Source: Vicugna vicugna (Eukaryota). Taken from it: a stretch of 64,000 nt of DNA. The notes under the pieces are model-generated. The model worked only from the letters and a program-made list of their open reading frames with translations, did not search any database and was not told where the DNA came from. The translations under genes were made by a program, and so were the position numbers. Shown here in pieces: positions 37,261-49,974 of the stretch (the stretch's first letter is position 1; every line of letters starts with the position of its first letter). The stretch is from positions 13,166,184 through 13,230,183 of the forward strand of contig MU058844.1 of NCBI GenBank assembly GCA_013265495.1, written 5' to 3'.

Positions 37261-39349
37261 ATCACAGAAAATGTACTAGTTTATGAGTTGAAAATACTGA
37301 TAGAAATGGGGATAGAAATTCATAAAGGGAGTGGGAGGATAATGGGGGACTCCCTGATACCAATTGTATGTAAATCATTTAACCATATGTAAAGGGTCAG
37401 ATTTTAATTCTGCACTCTGAGAGAAGACTGAGTCACTTCCATTTTCATCAGTAAATGCTGAAGGTAGTAATAGGGTGAGGACCAAGAATTCCTGCCTGCC
37501 TACTTGGAAATGACTAATCTCCTTTCTCTAATTTAATAAAGTAGGATAATGCTGGGAGTGGGTAAGAAGGAGAATATGAAAGTGGCCAGAGTGGCAGTAG
37601 GGTCAGAAGGGAGGGGAAAGAGTCTAAGTCAGCCCTGACCTGTGTTCCTGAGCTATGACTAGAACATCATTTGATATCCAATGTCCTCTGTCAACTTGAT
37701 TACCAGGCACAGGTGAGAGCTCTGAATTAAGCTGAGTGGCACATGAGTGCCTAATTCCCACTCTCCTAGCCAGCCAGGGCAAGGTTTCTTAGCCAAGTTC
37801 ATCCTGAGGTCAAAGGCTTAGGTGATATTTTTTGAGGGATGGTATATTCATTTATAATAAGGTATCCAGGAAGCTGTACTAACTGTCGTTTGTGGACCCA
37901 TATGAGGAGAGACTTGCATTAGGAAGCTCACCCTGGGGTGGAGGGAAATACCTTTGAACTCTGCAGCTCAGCAGGTGATCACCTGTTCCCTTGCTGTCCA
38001 TGGGTGAGTGGAGAGGCTGAGAACAATCTCACCTCCACGGACCATCCCCAAATGCACTTGCGTTCAGTATATAGGCAACTAGAGATTTTCCTTCTTGTCC
38101 TCCAGATGTTTGCTTTCTACACTGTGCATGTTTTTGGATGAACTGTATTTAGCTTTTAGGTTAAGATGTTGAAGGCATCCTGATTTTATTTAAAATGGAA
38201 ATCACCACCTGAAATATTAGACTATGGCTGTAGATAATTCTTCAGATTGTGCTAAGACTCCTCTACCAGTTATTGAAAAATGCTTTGCCTTGCCGAATGC
38301 AGACGTTGGGCTCCCGTCTTCTTTAATATAAATGAGAATGCCAAATTCATTTCAACTTTCATACTTGCATGAGTTTGGTCTACTGCTTCCAAGCAAGCCA
38401 AGCAAATTCTCCAAATACCAAACCTAAGATGGAGAATCCAAGGGGCAGCCAGGTCATTGTTCTCGTCCATGCTGCTCCTCCCACCCCCACCCCAGCTACT
38501 GGTGGAAGGAGTTTCAATAACTGCTTAAGACAACAGACCAATGGGCCCCGTCAAATTGTCCCCAGTACCAGTTCAACTGCTGGGGTTTTTTTTTTTTTTT
38601 TTTTTGTATCATAAAAGCAATGCTTAGCCTATATTCTCAGCCCCTGAACTGCATTATCCAGACCTGGTTGACTTGCTCTCCTCTGCCAACAGATTTGCAT
38701 CATTTTTTTGTGCCTTGTTGGACTGCCCTGTCTCCAGTTCTGTTGAGACTGTCTGTGGGTGGTTTCCCTGTACTGGGATGACAGGGGCAAAGGTCAGAGC
38801 TTCCATGATTCATTTCCTTTTTGCTGCACGCAGTGGATGGTTTTCTGGGTGAGTCATTCGGATGCCAAACACAGGAGGGATATTCTTCACATACAGGCCC
38901 CAAGGCTCCGCTATGCCCTGAGCTAGAAGCACTGAGTTCTTAGTATCTTCTTAAGATTTTTGGATGTATTCCGATGATTTGATAACCCCTTCTGTATACC
39001 CTATCTTTGTGTCTGATGACTCTGATTTGTGAACACTGCCTACCCCTTGGAGAACTTTCCGGTATCTTGTGGAGCCCTACTGAATTCTGACTCCAGAATA
39101 ATTGGACTCTTAAAAATATACCCCGAACATACTCCAGTACTGAAAAAAAATCTCTGGTATGTCATCAATACAGGAGCATTCACAGTGGTCTACTCATGGC
39201 TCCTCAAAGATCCAGCCTTGTCTTTTTCTCCCAGAATAACAATCTACAGAAGGAACACAGACACCAACAGAAAGATGTTTAAATACCTAGAGCTCAGCGC
39301 TGCAGTAAAGTGTGTTTTCCTCAGTGAAGGGAGGCTTATTATTTTCTTT

Positions 39350-39580
39350 CTTTTTTTTTTAACCTTTAAAAAATTATGAAATAGAATATACAAACAGAAA
39401 ACATAAATGGATAGCGTAATCAATAATTACAAAGTGAACACCCCTCAATCAAGAAGGGGAATGTCGCGGGCCCAGAAGCCCCTCCTTTGTTTACTTTCTA
39501 GACTACACCCTCCTCCCTCCCTTCTAGAAATAACCACTATCCTGACTTCTGTGATAATCACTTCCTTGCTTTTCTGACCA
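39350..39580 (-). mobile_element. Old L1M 3'UTR fragment
   Basis: acaaagtgaacaccc...cccagaagcccc...ataaccactatcctgacttctgtgataatcacttccttgc. Confidence 0.65.
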
Positions 39581-42229
39581 CCTATATTTGCAAGGTTATT
39601 ATTTTCTAAAGCCATATCGCTTCTATCTTCTGCTGGTGGCGCTCAGTCACTCATTTGTATTAAGTAATGACCACAGGATGACATTGGGCAGGAGTTGTGT
39701 ATATGCACTGGTCTCTTCCTCACCCCCAAATTCCAAAGAACTGCTTATCTGTGTTTTCTGTGTCATTAGCTAACAGCATTCCTGGTATGACACATGTTTA
39801 AAATAATGACAATGAAGAGGTAAAACAAGCCTGGAACTTTCCATGGCCTCTCTCCTGCATTCTGGGTTTTCAGAGATGCACGTAGAGTTAAATAACTTTG
39901 TAATTCCCATAACACCTCCCCTCTCCTTTAATTTCCCTGGGAAGTGGCCCGGAATGTTCTAAAGTATGCAGAACTTGGGCTTAAAAAGTACTCGTTTACA
40001 CCCCCAGCCTGTTTCCTACCATGAGAACACGTGTGCCATTTCAAATATTTCATTCACACTCTTCATTGCAACTCACTCCAAGGATTCTTTGACCTTCTTT
40101 GGTCTGACACATTATCTGCTGAACTAGAAAAAAAAGATAAGTGGGAATGGGACTTAAAACCTCATTCTTGACATTTATTACCTTGTCTTCCTTTACTTCC
40201 TTGATTGGCTCAGGCAGGTTTGTTGGCGAGGGGAAGGAAAACTAACACTTATTGTACCCCTAATTTGTACTCTGCACTTTTGAGTCCGTTACCTTATTAA
40301 ACACTAATGACGCTGTGGGGTAATGTTGACTGTCTCCATTTTGTGATGGAGATCACTGAATGGCAGAAAATAACTATCCGGGGTCATGTAGTTAGAAATA
40401 GGCACAAGCAGGAATTCAAAGGTCTGACAAGTTCTGTCTTCTTTATCAAGCTGTCTTTCATTTCACTTGCCTGATGACCTTGAAGCCCTTCCATTTCTAT
40501 TAGAATGAAAAATTCTTGGAATTATTAATAGTAATGGGGTTCAAGATCTCAAAACATTTTTCCTCTTCAGAGCACTGGCTTAGGCTTAGGAATCTCCAGA
40601 ATAATGGACTTTAGGTTTTGGTAGCTCCATTAGGGCTGGAGGGGGCATGGTCAGTCTCTGAAGCTCTCTTTTGACCCACGGCCACTTTCTGTGCTTCCTG
40701 CCACCGCAGTTCTGACTATCTCTGTGACCTGTAGTAGGCTTCATAAGCTTAATGTGAGAAAAGCCAATTAGAAGACATTAAAGATGACACGGATTAGCAC
40801 TGCCTGGAAATATCCACTGTGCTAGAGAGTCACTCACTTAGAGGACAATTTGGTGAAGTGCGTCTCCATCCTGGACCTTATCCAAGGTGTGGTCACTGAA
40901 GCCCCATGAGGGTTTTGGCCTTGCCTCTAAGGTGCTTCCCCACTGTGGTCCCTGTAGCCACATTTGTGTCTCAAGAATGGAGCAGGTTAAATGCTTGTGT
41001 GAAACAGTTTGGTCAGTCAAGGAGCAGGTGTTGGGCAAACAAACCAAGCAGGGATGGACTTAATTTTGGATAACATCTGGAGGTCTTAACAGAGTATGTT
41101 AAAGTTATTTTCAGATGTGCTTCTGAATTATCCAAATCCATGTCCTTAACTTTGGGAGGGAGTAACATCTGAGTCGCACTAAGTGTGGAACCAGAGAGGC
41201 TGGGACCTTGGGCCAGTGGCTTTCATTCACCACATGAGTTCTGGAGCGCAGCGTGAAAGGGCCTTTTCTCAGGGCAGGAGGTTGGAGAGAACGTTGGTGG
41301 CAGCTCCGCATCAACACTCTGGGGCATTTTAACTTGTGTGAGGTGGGGAGCGAGTCTTCATCCTCTCGCTGATCCAGGCTCTCCTCTCCGACTCCTCTGA
41401 AAGGATCCACCGTTGTTACCCTCCTACGAAATGCTTTCCCTCCTTGTGTCATATGTACGTTGAATGATTTGTTCATTCTTGATTCGCTCATTTAGTCAAC
41501 ACACAGGTTTTGAGCACACACGAAGTGCCAGGCACTGTCTTAGGCCCTGGTGACATGCGAGTGAACAAGACAGACGAATGACACCATTTGTTTCCTTTTG
41601 GAAAGTTTTCATTTTTTTCAATGAACTTTTAACACACCATGATGTAATTAGAAGTGCAAAGGAAAAAAGTTGCCTGTGTCTGTCATCATAGGAATGATAG
41701 AAAACAGTGCCGTGGGTAACGCTCAGACCAGCGTGACACATCGGGGAAGTAGTGAGGATTTTACTGAGAGATAAAACCTGAGCCTCATGAGTAACTAGCC
41801 ACATGGATTTATTTTCCTTGCTCTCCTCCTTGCTGTTTCTGTACTGACAGCAACGTCTGGGATTTTGTTTTTGTGAATTTTTGTGGATTTCGTTTTGCGA
41901 TTTCGAACTTGTGAAGCCATTGAAGGAGCCCCGTTGATTCGTTTCCTGACTTGGTGCGAGGTACCAAACCTTTCTATACACTGGGAACAGTTTAATATCA
42001 CACGTGTTAGAACTGAATGGGACCCTCAGTGTTTATCCACTGAGAGCTGAGTTCCAGATGGGGAAGCGACTGGCCCAACATCCGTGGCTGGGTTAGTAGC
42101 AGCTGGTCCAGTTCTTCTGACTCCAGAATGGAATTCCTGCCTGATTTGTCTTTTCTGACATCTGCTCTGCCACTGGCCAAACGTCACTGTGCCCCTGGTG
42201 CTTCTCTGTATCTGACACGTGTAGCGGCT

Positions 42230-42400
42230 ATAGTGACAATATGGCTTATACTTATTGAGAGTCTCCTGGATGCTAAACAATGAGCTGAGGGCTTTATATG
42301 TATGATGTTTTTTAATCCTCCCAACATTGGAAGAGCAGCATTATTATCATTCTCATTTTACAGATGAGCAAACAGATTAGAGAGGCCAAGTCAGTGACTC
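42230..42400 (-). mobile_element. MIR
   Basis: ttttaatcctcccaac...attatcattctcattttacagatgagcaaacag. Confidence 0.8.
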
Positions 42401-42415
42401 GCTTACTGGCTATAT

Positions 42416-43345
42416 TAAAAAAAAAAGACTATCTTGAACAACAAAATAAGTAATAATAACATTGTATTAAAACTCAGAATAAGATGAATATCCATGAGTT
42501 CATACTGATACCAGTAAATAATTGAATACATAAATAAATTGAGGAGAAGGAACAATTCTTCCTTATAGAAGGATTTCAATTGATAAATATAGAAGGGATG
42601 AGGAAAATAAAAAATTACCATTTGAACACCACAGTAAGAACTGTTGCTATAACTCAATTAAAAAATGTTAAAGAAAAAATGAACTGTTGCAGGTATCAGT
42701 GCATGAAAGTTTGAGGACAAACAACATATTTGCAGCATCTCAAAGTGTCTCCCTCAAGGTACTTATTAATTAAAAAAGGAAAAATAATAACTTTACTATT
42801 AAAGGATTAATAGCAGACACCACCCCCCACTAAGCAATCAAGGCTAACATCACTAGTAATAAGATACAATGATGTCTTGTACCCCTGATATGCACTGGAA
42901 GGGAACTTTGCTTTTGTGGTATTCTTGCTAAAGAAACATCAGTCTCATCTTGAATAGCATCAGTCTCATCATGAGAAAACACCTGACAAACACCAATTAA
43001 GCAACATTCTACCAATTATCTTCCACAGCTCTTCAAAAGTGTCAAGGTCATGGAAGTCAAGGAAAGTTTGAGGGCCTGTCACAGTTCGGAGTAGACTAAG
43101 GGGACATGACAACTTAGTGCAATGTGAAATCCTGGAAAAGAAAGAGGGTGTTAGTGAAAAAACTAGTAGCAACCAAATAAGTATCACTGTAAATCAGAGT
43201 AGCATCGTATCAATGTTATTTTCTTAATTTTGGTAATTGTGTTATGGTTATACAAGATGTTAACATCAGGTGAGGACATATGGAAATTCTGTACCATTTT
43301 TGCAACTTTTTGGGAAGTCTAAAATTATTTCAAAATTGAAAGTTA
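42416..43345 (+). mobile_element. L1MC-type 3'UTR fragment
   Basis: gaatatccatgagttcatactgata...gcagacaccac...caatcaaggctaacatcactagtaat...ctcttcaaaagtgtcaaggtcatg...ttttgcaactttttgggaagtctaaaattatttcaaaat. Confidence 0.85.
42648..42680 (+). mobile_element. Ultra-short camelid L1 tail insertion with TSD, inside the L1MC
   Basis: tataactcaattaaaaaatgttaaagaaaaaat flanked by GAACTGTTGC at 42638-42647 and 42681-42690. Confidence 0.75.
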
Positions 43346-43853
43346 GGAAGTAGATTATAGGATAGATTGCTAAGCCCCATCTCAGACTTACTAAATTGGA
43401 ATTTTTCAGGCTGGTATGACCCAGAAATTTGTACTTGGGGGGTCTCTGTACCCAAAGTCACACATAGAGGAAGTGATAGGGCCATGATTTGAACCTAGCC
43501 AGGTTTTCCTGCCTTCAAAACCCCTGCTCCTTACCAGAGCAGACTGTCTAGAAGAGATGTGAAGTAAATGGAGATTCAGATCAAAAATATCAATGACATT
43601 TGAGACAAAAATTCTCAGCATAAATTATTCTTTTTATAGCCTGTTCTTTTAAAAATACAGCCATACATGGATTTAATGAACTCCTTAGAACTAAAGATTA
43701 AATCATCCTTCCTGACCTTAATTCCCAGATCATTTCCATTGGTTTTAAATAGGCAACACCTTTATCTCAACCAAATGCTGTGTATACAAGTTATAATGCC
43801 ATTGTTGGTGGAGAGGAACTTGAAACTATGATTGTAAATGTCGCTGTTGCAAA

Positions 43854-43945
43854 GTATAGTCAAATCATAAGAATTTAATTATGTATAAATTGTATATATG
43901 TATAGACAAATCATAAGAATTTAATTGTATATAAAATATATATGT
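43854..43945. repeat. ~46-bp tandem duplication
   Basis: gtatag(t/a)caaatcataagaatttaatt repeated at 43854 and 43900. Confidence 0.9.
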
Positions 43946-44026
43946 GTGTATTTTAGACTATGTGAAAAGAGCTACATCAAAATTTAAATGCAGTTACCCA
44001 AGTGTGATAAAAAGTTAAGGCCTGTT

Positions 44027-44064
44027 TTATGAAACTGATGCACTAGCTACTGTGCTAATGAGGC
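44027..44064 (-). pseudogene. Tailless retropseudogene of the 5' half of elongator tRNA-Met(CAT)
   Basis: Minus strand GCCTCATTAGCACAGTAGCTAGTGCATCAGTTTCATAA versus remembered tRNA-Met GCCTCGTTAGCGCAGTAGGTAGCGCGTCAGTCTCATAA: 32/38, with 4 of 6 differences being CpG decay. Flanked by TAAGGCCTGTTTT at 44016-44028 and 44068-44080. Confidence 0.85.
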
Positions 44065-44249
44065 ACCTAAGGCCTGTTTTAATGTCTTCTCTCATATTGG
44101 GCACAGCTCACCTCTCAGACTGCTTTGGGGTCTGGCAAGAAGAAGTTCCCAGCAGGCTGAAATTACGCATCCCCGGGTTGGGGGCAATTGATGGCCAAAG
44201 AAATAAAGTGAGAAGTTTTCAAAAGGGCCCATGTCTTCTTCCTCCTCAC

Positions 44250-45000
44250 TGATTTTTGTACCAGGCATCATATTAGTCCCTAGAGATACAGAGATCAATG
44301 TGGCACAATCCCTGCCTTCCAGGAGCTCCTGGCCTAGTTTGGGTGAGGGGCCTCTGAAACATGATTCAGACAGGGGATTGGACAAATAAAAGCAAGAGGA
44401 AGGAAAACATCACTATACCAATAAAAAAATGACGGTCACCATTTTCACACATTAGAATGTTGATATAATCTCTACAGGTGTGATGGCGCTTTTCTTAGAA
44501 ACTGGAGTTGAACTCCTCCTTTGCAAATAGTGGTTCTCCTCTCCTCCGTGGGTGGGGCTGGGGTCTGGGAGGAGAGAATGAAATTTAGAGAGAGCTTTTT
44601 GCTCTGCATAATGAAATGGCAGGGCTATCTAGTAACTCAAAGGCTGCTGGAGGGAAGCAGGAATGTGGAAGTGGGGAGCAGCCTGTGCCCCAAATTTCCC
44701 CAGATATGTCAGAGGAAGGAGGACCTTGGAAGGGGTAGGGTGAGTGGACATTTTGCAGCATTTAGAAGTGGAGTAATAACTGTGTAACATGCCAGAGGCA
44801 TGTGCTGGTGGTAGTAGGACCACAGAGGAGAGGCTCTGCTCTTTGACAGGGCGAGGGTGGGGGCTGGAGGCATGAAAACTTCATGGAGTACATGTGTGAG
44901 GCTGATCCTAAAACATGAGTAGGAGTTCACCAAGGATCTGAAAAGAAAAGAGCTTTCCAGAAAGAGGGCTCAGACATTGGTGAGTTACAGCTCCACCCCC
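44250..45000 (-). mobile_element. L2 fragments (~44250-44350, ~44740-45000)
   Basis: gatacagagatcaatgtggcacaatccctgccttccaggagctc; gaggctgatcctaaaacatgagtaggagttcaccaag. Confidence 0.65.
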
Positions 45001-46262
45001 AGTACCTTTCGAGTTTTTATTTTGTGTGACATACTGTATCCGTATAGGACTCCTGCCAAAATACAAGTAAGTTCCCTGGGAGGGTATCATAGTCTTGTAG
45101 CATTCGTTTCAGAGGAATAGTGAGTTTTGTTAAAGGAAGAGAAAAAAAAAAAACAAAACAGTGTACCAACTCTGGGAGGTCATATCCCATTCCTACTTTA
45201 CTACAATTTGGGGCTGAAATGGGGGTCCTAAGTATCCAGGAAATATAGGAGAACAGTGCTTGAGAAAGGGATGTGTGTGTTGAGGGAGACAGGGCCCCCA
45301 AAGACTGAAAATAAACATTACCTCCTGAGCTATGCTAGCTTTGACAAAACGGCTTTGCCGTAGTTTAAATGGGAGAGGACTAATAATTTGACTATTTCAA
45401 ACCATTACTGTGTTTGAAATGAACCAAATGCAGAACAAACACAGTGACAGTACTAACAAAATGGCTAGTAGTTGTGGAGGACTCATTGTGTACTTTACAT
45501 GCAATTTCTCATTTCAACCTTTCCGCCATCTGCTAAAATAGATGCTATCATTAACATCTTCAGTTTGGAGGAAAGAACAGAGAGTCAATGTCAGCAGATA
45601 CTGGATCTCAGTCTGGGCTCTTAACCTCTAGCCATGCTGCCTCTCTGCTACTAGAAGATTCAAGCCAAGGTTTGAGCATAATCCTAGGGATTGTGTGAGC
45701 ACTCAGTGTCTTCTGTGAGTATTGAGTATTTTGGGTGAGATAGTTCTTTACTGCGCTGGACTGTCCTGTACAGTAACACCCACAGGTCCTGCTCGCCACC
45801 TGTTCCCCAGTCACTGTGACCATTTACCATGCCTCCCCCCATCCACTGCCCCCTGCTCCACTGGCCAAGAACAATGGCAGCTCACAAGGCAGAACCTGAG
45901 CCAGTCAAACCTGGAAATCTGACCATGGACAAGAGTTTGGGATTACCTGGTGACTCTGGGCAAGTTTTTAAGTTCCCCAAGCCTCAGTTTTCCTCATCAG
46001 GATGATGAGATTTGTTCTCCAGATCTCACAGGATGGTGGTGAGACAACAACAGAGCTTCAAAACAATCAAAGTAGAATTTTGTGCAAAGCACAAAGACTA
46101 ATAAGTATGAGTTGCTGCCCACAAGGAACTCAGAGTATGGCAAGGGGACTGAGGCCCTCAACTGACCCTCATACATGATGAAATGATGTAGAACTTTGCT
46201 CTACTAGTGTGATCTATGGCCAAGAACATGAGCATCACTGGGATGTTAAAAATATAGACTCT

Positions 46263-46439
46263 TAGTTACCATATGATCCAGCAATGCCATTGGGCATATA
46301 TTTGGAAAAACACTCTAGTTCAAAAAGATACATACACCCCAATATTCATAGAAGCACTATTTATAATAGCCAAGACATGGGAGCAACCTAAATGTCTACT
46401 GACAGATGACTGGATAAAGAAGATGTGATATATATATCG

Positions 46440-46474
<35 letters not shown>

Positions 46475-46830
46475 ACAATGGAATACTATTCAGCCATAAA
46501 AAGAATAAAATAATGCCATTTGCAGCAACAATAGATGAACCTAGAGATTATCATACTAAGTGACATCAAAGACAAATATCATATATCATTTATATGTGGA
46601 ATCTAAAATATGATACAAATGAACTTATTTATAAAACAGAACTAAACTCACAGACATAGAAAACAAACTTACGGTTACTAAAGGGGAAAACAAACTTATG
46701 GTTACCAAAGGGGAAAGTAGAGGGAAGGATAAATTAGGAATTTTGGATTAGCAGATACAAACTACTATATATAAAATAGATAAATACCAAGGTCCTAGTG
46801 TATAGCACAGGGAACTCTATTCAATATCTT
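46263..46830 (+). mobile_element. Cetartiodactyl/camelid L1 3' fragment lacking its poly(A) end
   Basis: ttaccatatgatccagcaat...caaaaagatacatacacccca...aatggaatactattcagccataaaaagaataaaataatgccatttgcagcaac...tatagcacagggaactctattcaatatct; internal 27-bp duplication at 46659-46712. Confidence 0.9.
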
Positions 46831-46869
46831 ATGTTGTGAGTCCATCCAAAGACTTTCCTCTTTAGCAGT

Positions 46870-47070
46870 TTTATCCCGGCTCATTTCTGGCTAATTGTGT
46901 GACCATGAACCAATCACTTAACTCTCCAGGCCTCAGTTTCCTCATGTGTGCAATGGTGATAATCATTGTATCTGCATGTAAAGCTGTCACTGGATTAAAT
47001 GAATTACTCTTAAGTGCTTAGAACAGTGCCTGATCCATATGAAACAATCGGTAAATCTTAGCTATCATCT
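46870..47070 (+). mobile_element. MIR
   Basis: tgtgtgaccatgaaccaatcacttaactctccaggcctcagtttcctcatgtgtg...aagtgcttagaacagtgcctg. Confidence 0.85.
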
Positions 47071-48984
47071 TCATCCTCATCATTCTTCTTTTTATTGTTT
47101 CCCTTAGTTAAAGAGCTATGTGAAAAGTAGGCCTTGTACAGGGCATCACTCACATGTCAAGTCAAGGCTGGCTCTGGCAGTATAGTGTCCTTTACGCTCC
47201 AATCCTTGGCTGTTCCGCTCCTCTGCCTTGATAGGAGCTTGACTTGGCTGGTATGAGGGCACATAGAGAACTATGAGTCCATTTATGCCTGTGAGAAAGA
47301 GGAAAATAGTGTATACATCCTCCTAATAGTCCATCTGTTAGAATTCCCTTGCCATCACCACCCCCCAAACTCTGTCACACATAATCGCTCTCCAATTATT
47401 GTACTTGGACATCCTTTTGAAAGTTTATATCCTTAGCATGAAAGATTTCTTTAAAGGGAACAGATAAACTCAGTACATCTGCAGATATGTATACCAACCC
47501 TGTAAAATACAGCAGCTGCTCTGAAACTGCCAGTCGGCCTAGTCTCACATTTTTCATCCTGCTAGATTGGGCATTTCACCGTCTCACCTTCTTCATTCCC
47601 GCCCTTTTTTTTTTTTTTTTTTTTTTCAGTTGTAAATCTGGGAGGATTTTGTTCTGTGTTTTCTTGTAAAGCCAAACCAGAAACCCCCACCGGCAAAACC
47701 AGCTGTGTCTCATATTTAAACACAAACTATAAAGTGTCAAGGGAAAGAAAAAGTGACTTGGCCAATGAAAACAGTACACGGGGGGCCCAGAATCTGTTTC
47801 AAAGATTTATGAGCTGAAAGCAAGTTACACTTTAATGAATATTAAATGAAACCTATCTTATCGTGGAAGACAGGCTATATTTTCTGATGGACATTTATGT
47901 GGATGCCTCATTTCTGAAACTTGAGCTGTCTCCTCAAAATGACCTGCGTGTCAGCACGTGACAATAAATCTTCTGAAAACTAGAAACTAGATGATGGCTT
48001 GGTACTACGAAAATTATTTTTTTTCTTTTAATGTGTGTCAGATTTTTATCTACAGGGACATGTTATGAGTGAAGCGTATAGAAAGCAAGCAGGGTCTGAT
48101 ATTTCAACTTACTTTACCGTTGCTTTGAGGGGCTTGTGATTTTTGAGAACAAGGCCCGAATTTGGTGTAGGGAGGCAGACATAGGCAGTGTCTGTCCCCG
48201 ACGTCTTCAGTCCTTTTTTCTTATGTTCCAGATTCTTCAGTTCTGGCTGCCATGAGGAAATTCACTCTTCTTCCCTACCACTCCCACCCCCAAATATCAC
48301 CAGGAAAAGATGGACTCTTGGTGTGAATATGACCTTTTAGAAGAGTATTTGCATTAAAAATGTTCTCACTGAGTGTGGAAGGAAAGGCTGGTGCATTTGG
48401 GGGTACTTGGGGTACCTAAGGAATTAATAGTGTTGTTGTGGGGGGCACCTGTCACATCCTATTCGCTGTGCTCCTAGTGGTGAACAGCACAGAGGCGCCC
48501 GGGAAGGAGACTATAGAGTTCACTTTTCAGCATTTCTCAATCTCAGTAAACACTGACTTGGAGCCTACCTGTCTGGACTGGCTGTGTATAGAAGAGACAG
48601 ATAGAGAAACAATCCCAGAAGTGCGGCAGAGCCGGCCCAACAAGGAAGTGGACTGAAGCATCTGCTAGAAATGCCTTTCCTCAGGCCGGATGGAACCCGG
48701 TCCTGGACAGTGTGGCGGACTGTGTGTGGCCGACTCTTCCGAGCCTCCGCTATGAGAGCTGCAGTACGCTGGAGCAGGACTGGAGTTTAGAGGTCTCAGC
48801 CTTCTAGGATGGCACTTGCAGAATATAGGCTGATTTTCCTAGAACTGTGTAGATGTTCCTCCTGTCGCTTGTGCAGGTGATGATTTGATGTAGCAGGCTT
48901 GTCGGGTAGTGAGTTCTTTTCCAGCTTAGAACATATATACTGTATTTCGCTGGGACAACCATTTGGTCTCTAATTTGGGAGGCG

Positions 48985-49310
48985 ACACATTTAGTGGTTA
49001 AGAAACAGGATTTGGTGTCAGACAGAAGACAGAAGTCCCTCTAGGCCTTCCTTTGGTTGATGTACCAATACCCGGCTCTGTTCCTGGCACAGGGTATGTA
49101 CTCAGTAACTCTGTATTGAATGTTGAGGGAATGAATAGATGGATATATGAATGAATGAACCAACCTGTTCGAAATCCCAGAGCTGCTATATTTTAGCTTC
49201 ATGGCTCTGGGCAGGCTACCCAAGCTCTCTGAGCCTCAGTGTTCTTATTTGCAAAATTGGAAAAAATAATACTTTACTGTTGGAAGAAATACAATGATCT
49301 AATGTATCTA
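48985..49310 (+). mobile_element. MIR interrupted by an L2 3'-end fragment (~49040-49160)
   Basis: agtggttaagaaacaggatttggtgtcagacaga, then cctggcacagggtatgtactcagtaa...gaatgaatgaa, then ttcgaaatcccag...ctctctgagcctcagtgttcttatttgcaaaat. Confidence 0.65.
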
Positions 49311-49974
49311 TAGTGGGAAGTCACCACAGAGGATGTTTCAGGAGGTTTAGGTGAGAGAATGTACATGCTTTGTCCTTGGCAGTGAAGGCAGAAATGGCTG
49401 GGGTGGGGTCTTAGAAAAACTGGGTTAATTTGAAGAGGAGATTGGCCTTTGGGAAGTCAGGGATGCATCTGGCCTCAAAGTTTCTACCACCCTGTGCCGT
49501 GTATGCCTGCCTATATGGAGAAGGGGGCTAGATTTGTGTATGTGTGTGTGCATGTGTGTGTGTGTTAAAGGCCTGAAAGGCATTGCTTGGTTGGCAATGG
49601 AGACACAGAAAGTCATGGAGGAGGGGCGTTAGTGGGAGAGGGGAGAGGGTAAGTACTTATTAAGGTAAATTCCTTCTCTTTTTCCACCCTGGCTGGCACC
49701 AGTCTCACCTGTGGCCTTACCTATGGGAAGCAACGCTGATATGTTAACACACCAGGTTCTCTCATTCCAACGTGTACTCATTCTTTCTGGCAGAAAAACG
49801 ATGATGTTTGCTGTCACGTGATCTTATCCTGCATTTGGAACCTGTTTTCACAGCCGTTACAGTGACAGAGCACTTGCTTAGAGGGAATATATGAAATGCT
49901 CGAGGGGGAGAACCCACAGAGAAAGTTGTCGCCACCAATGCATCTTCTCAGCCATGGTAAACCAAGCCTTGGGC

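Noticed and set aside
41111..42001. Longest ORFs in the window (126 and 161 aa, minus strand)
   Set aside because: No recognisable domain, they partly span an L2 3' end (~41455-41580), and their lengths are within chance expectation for 64 kb in six frames
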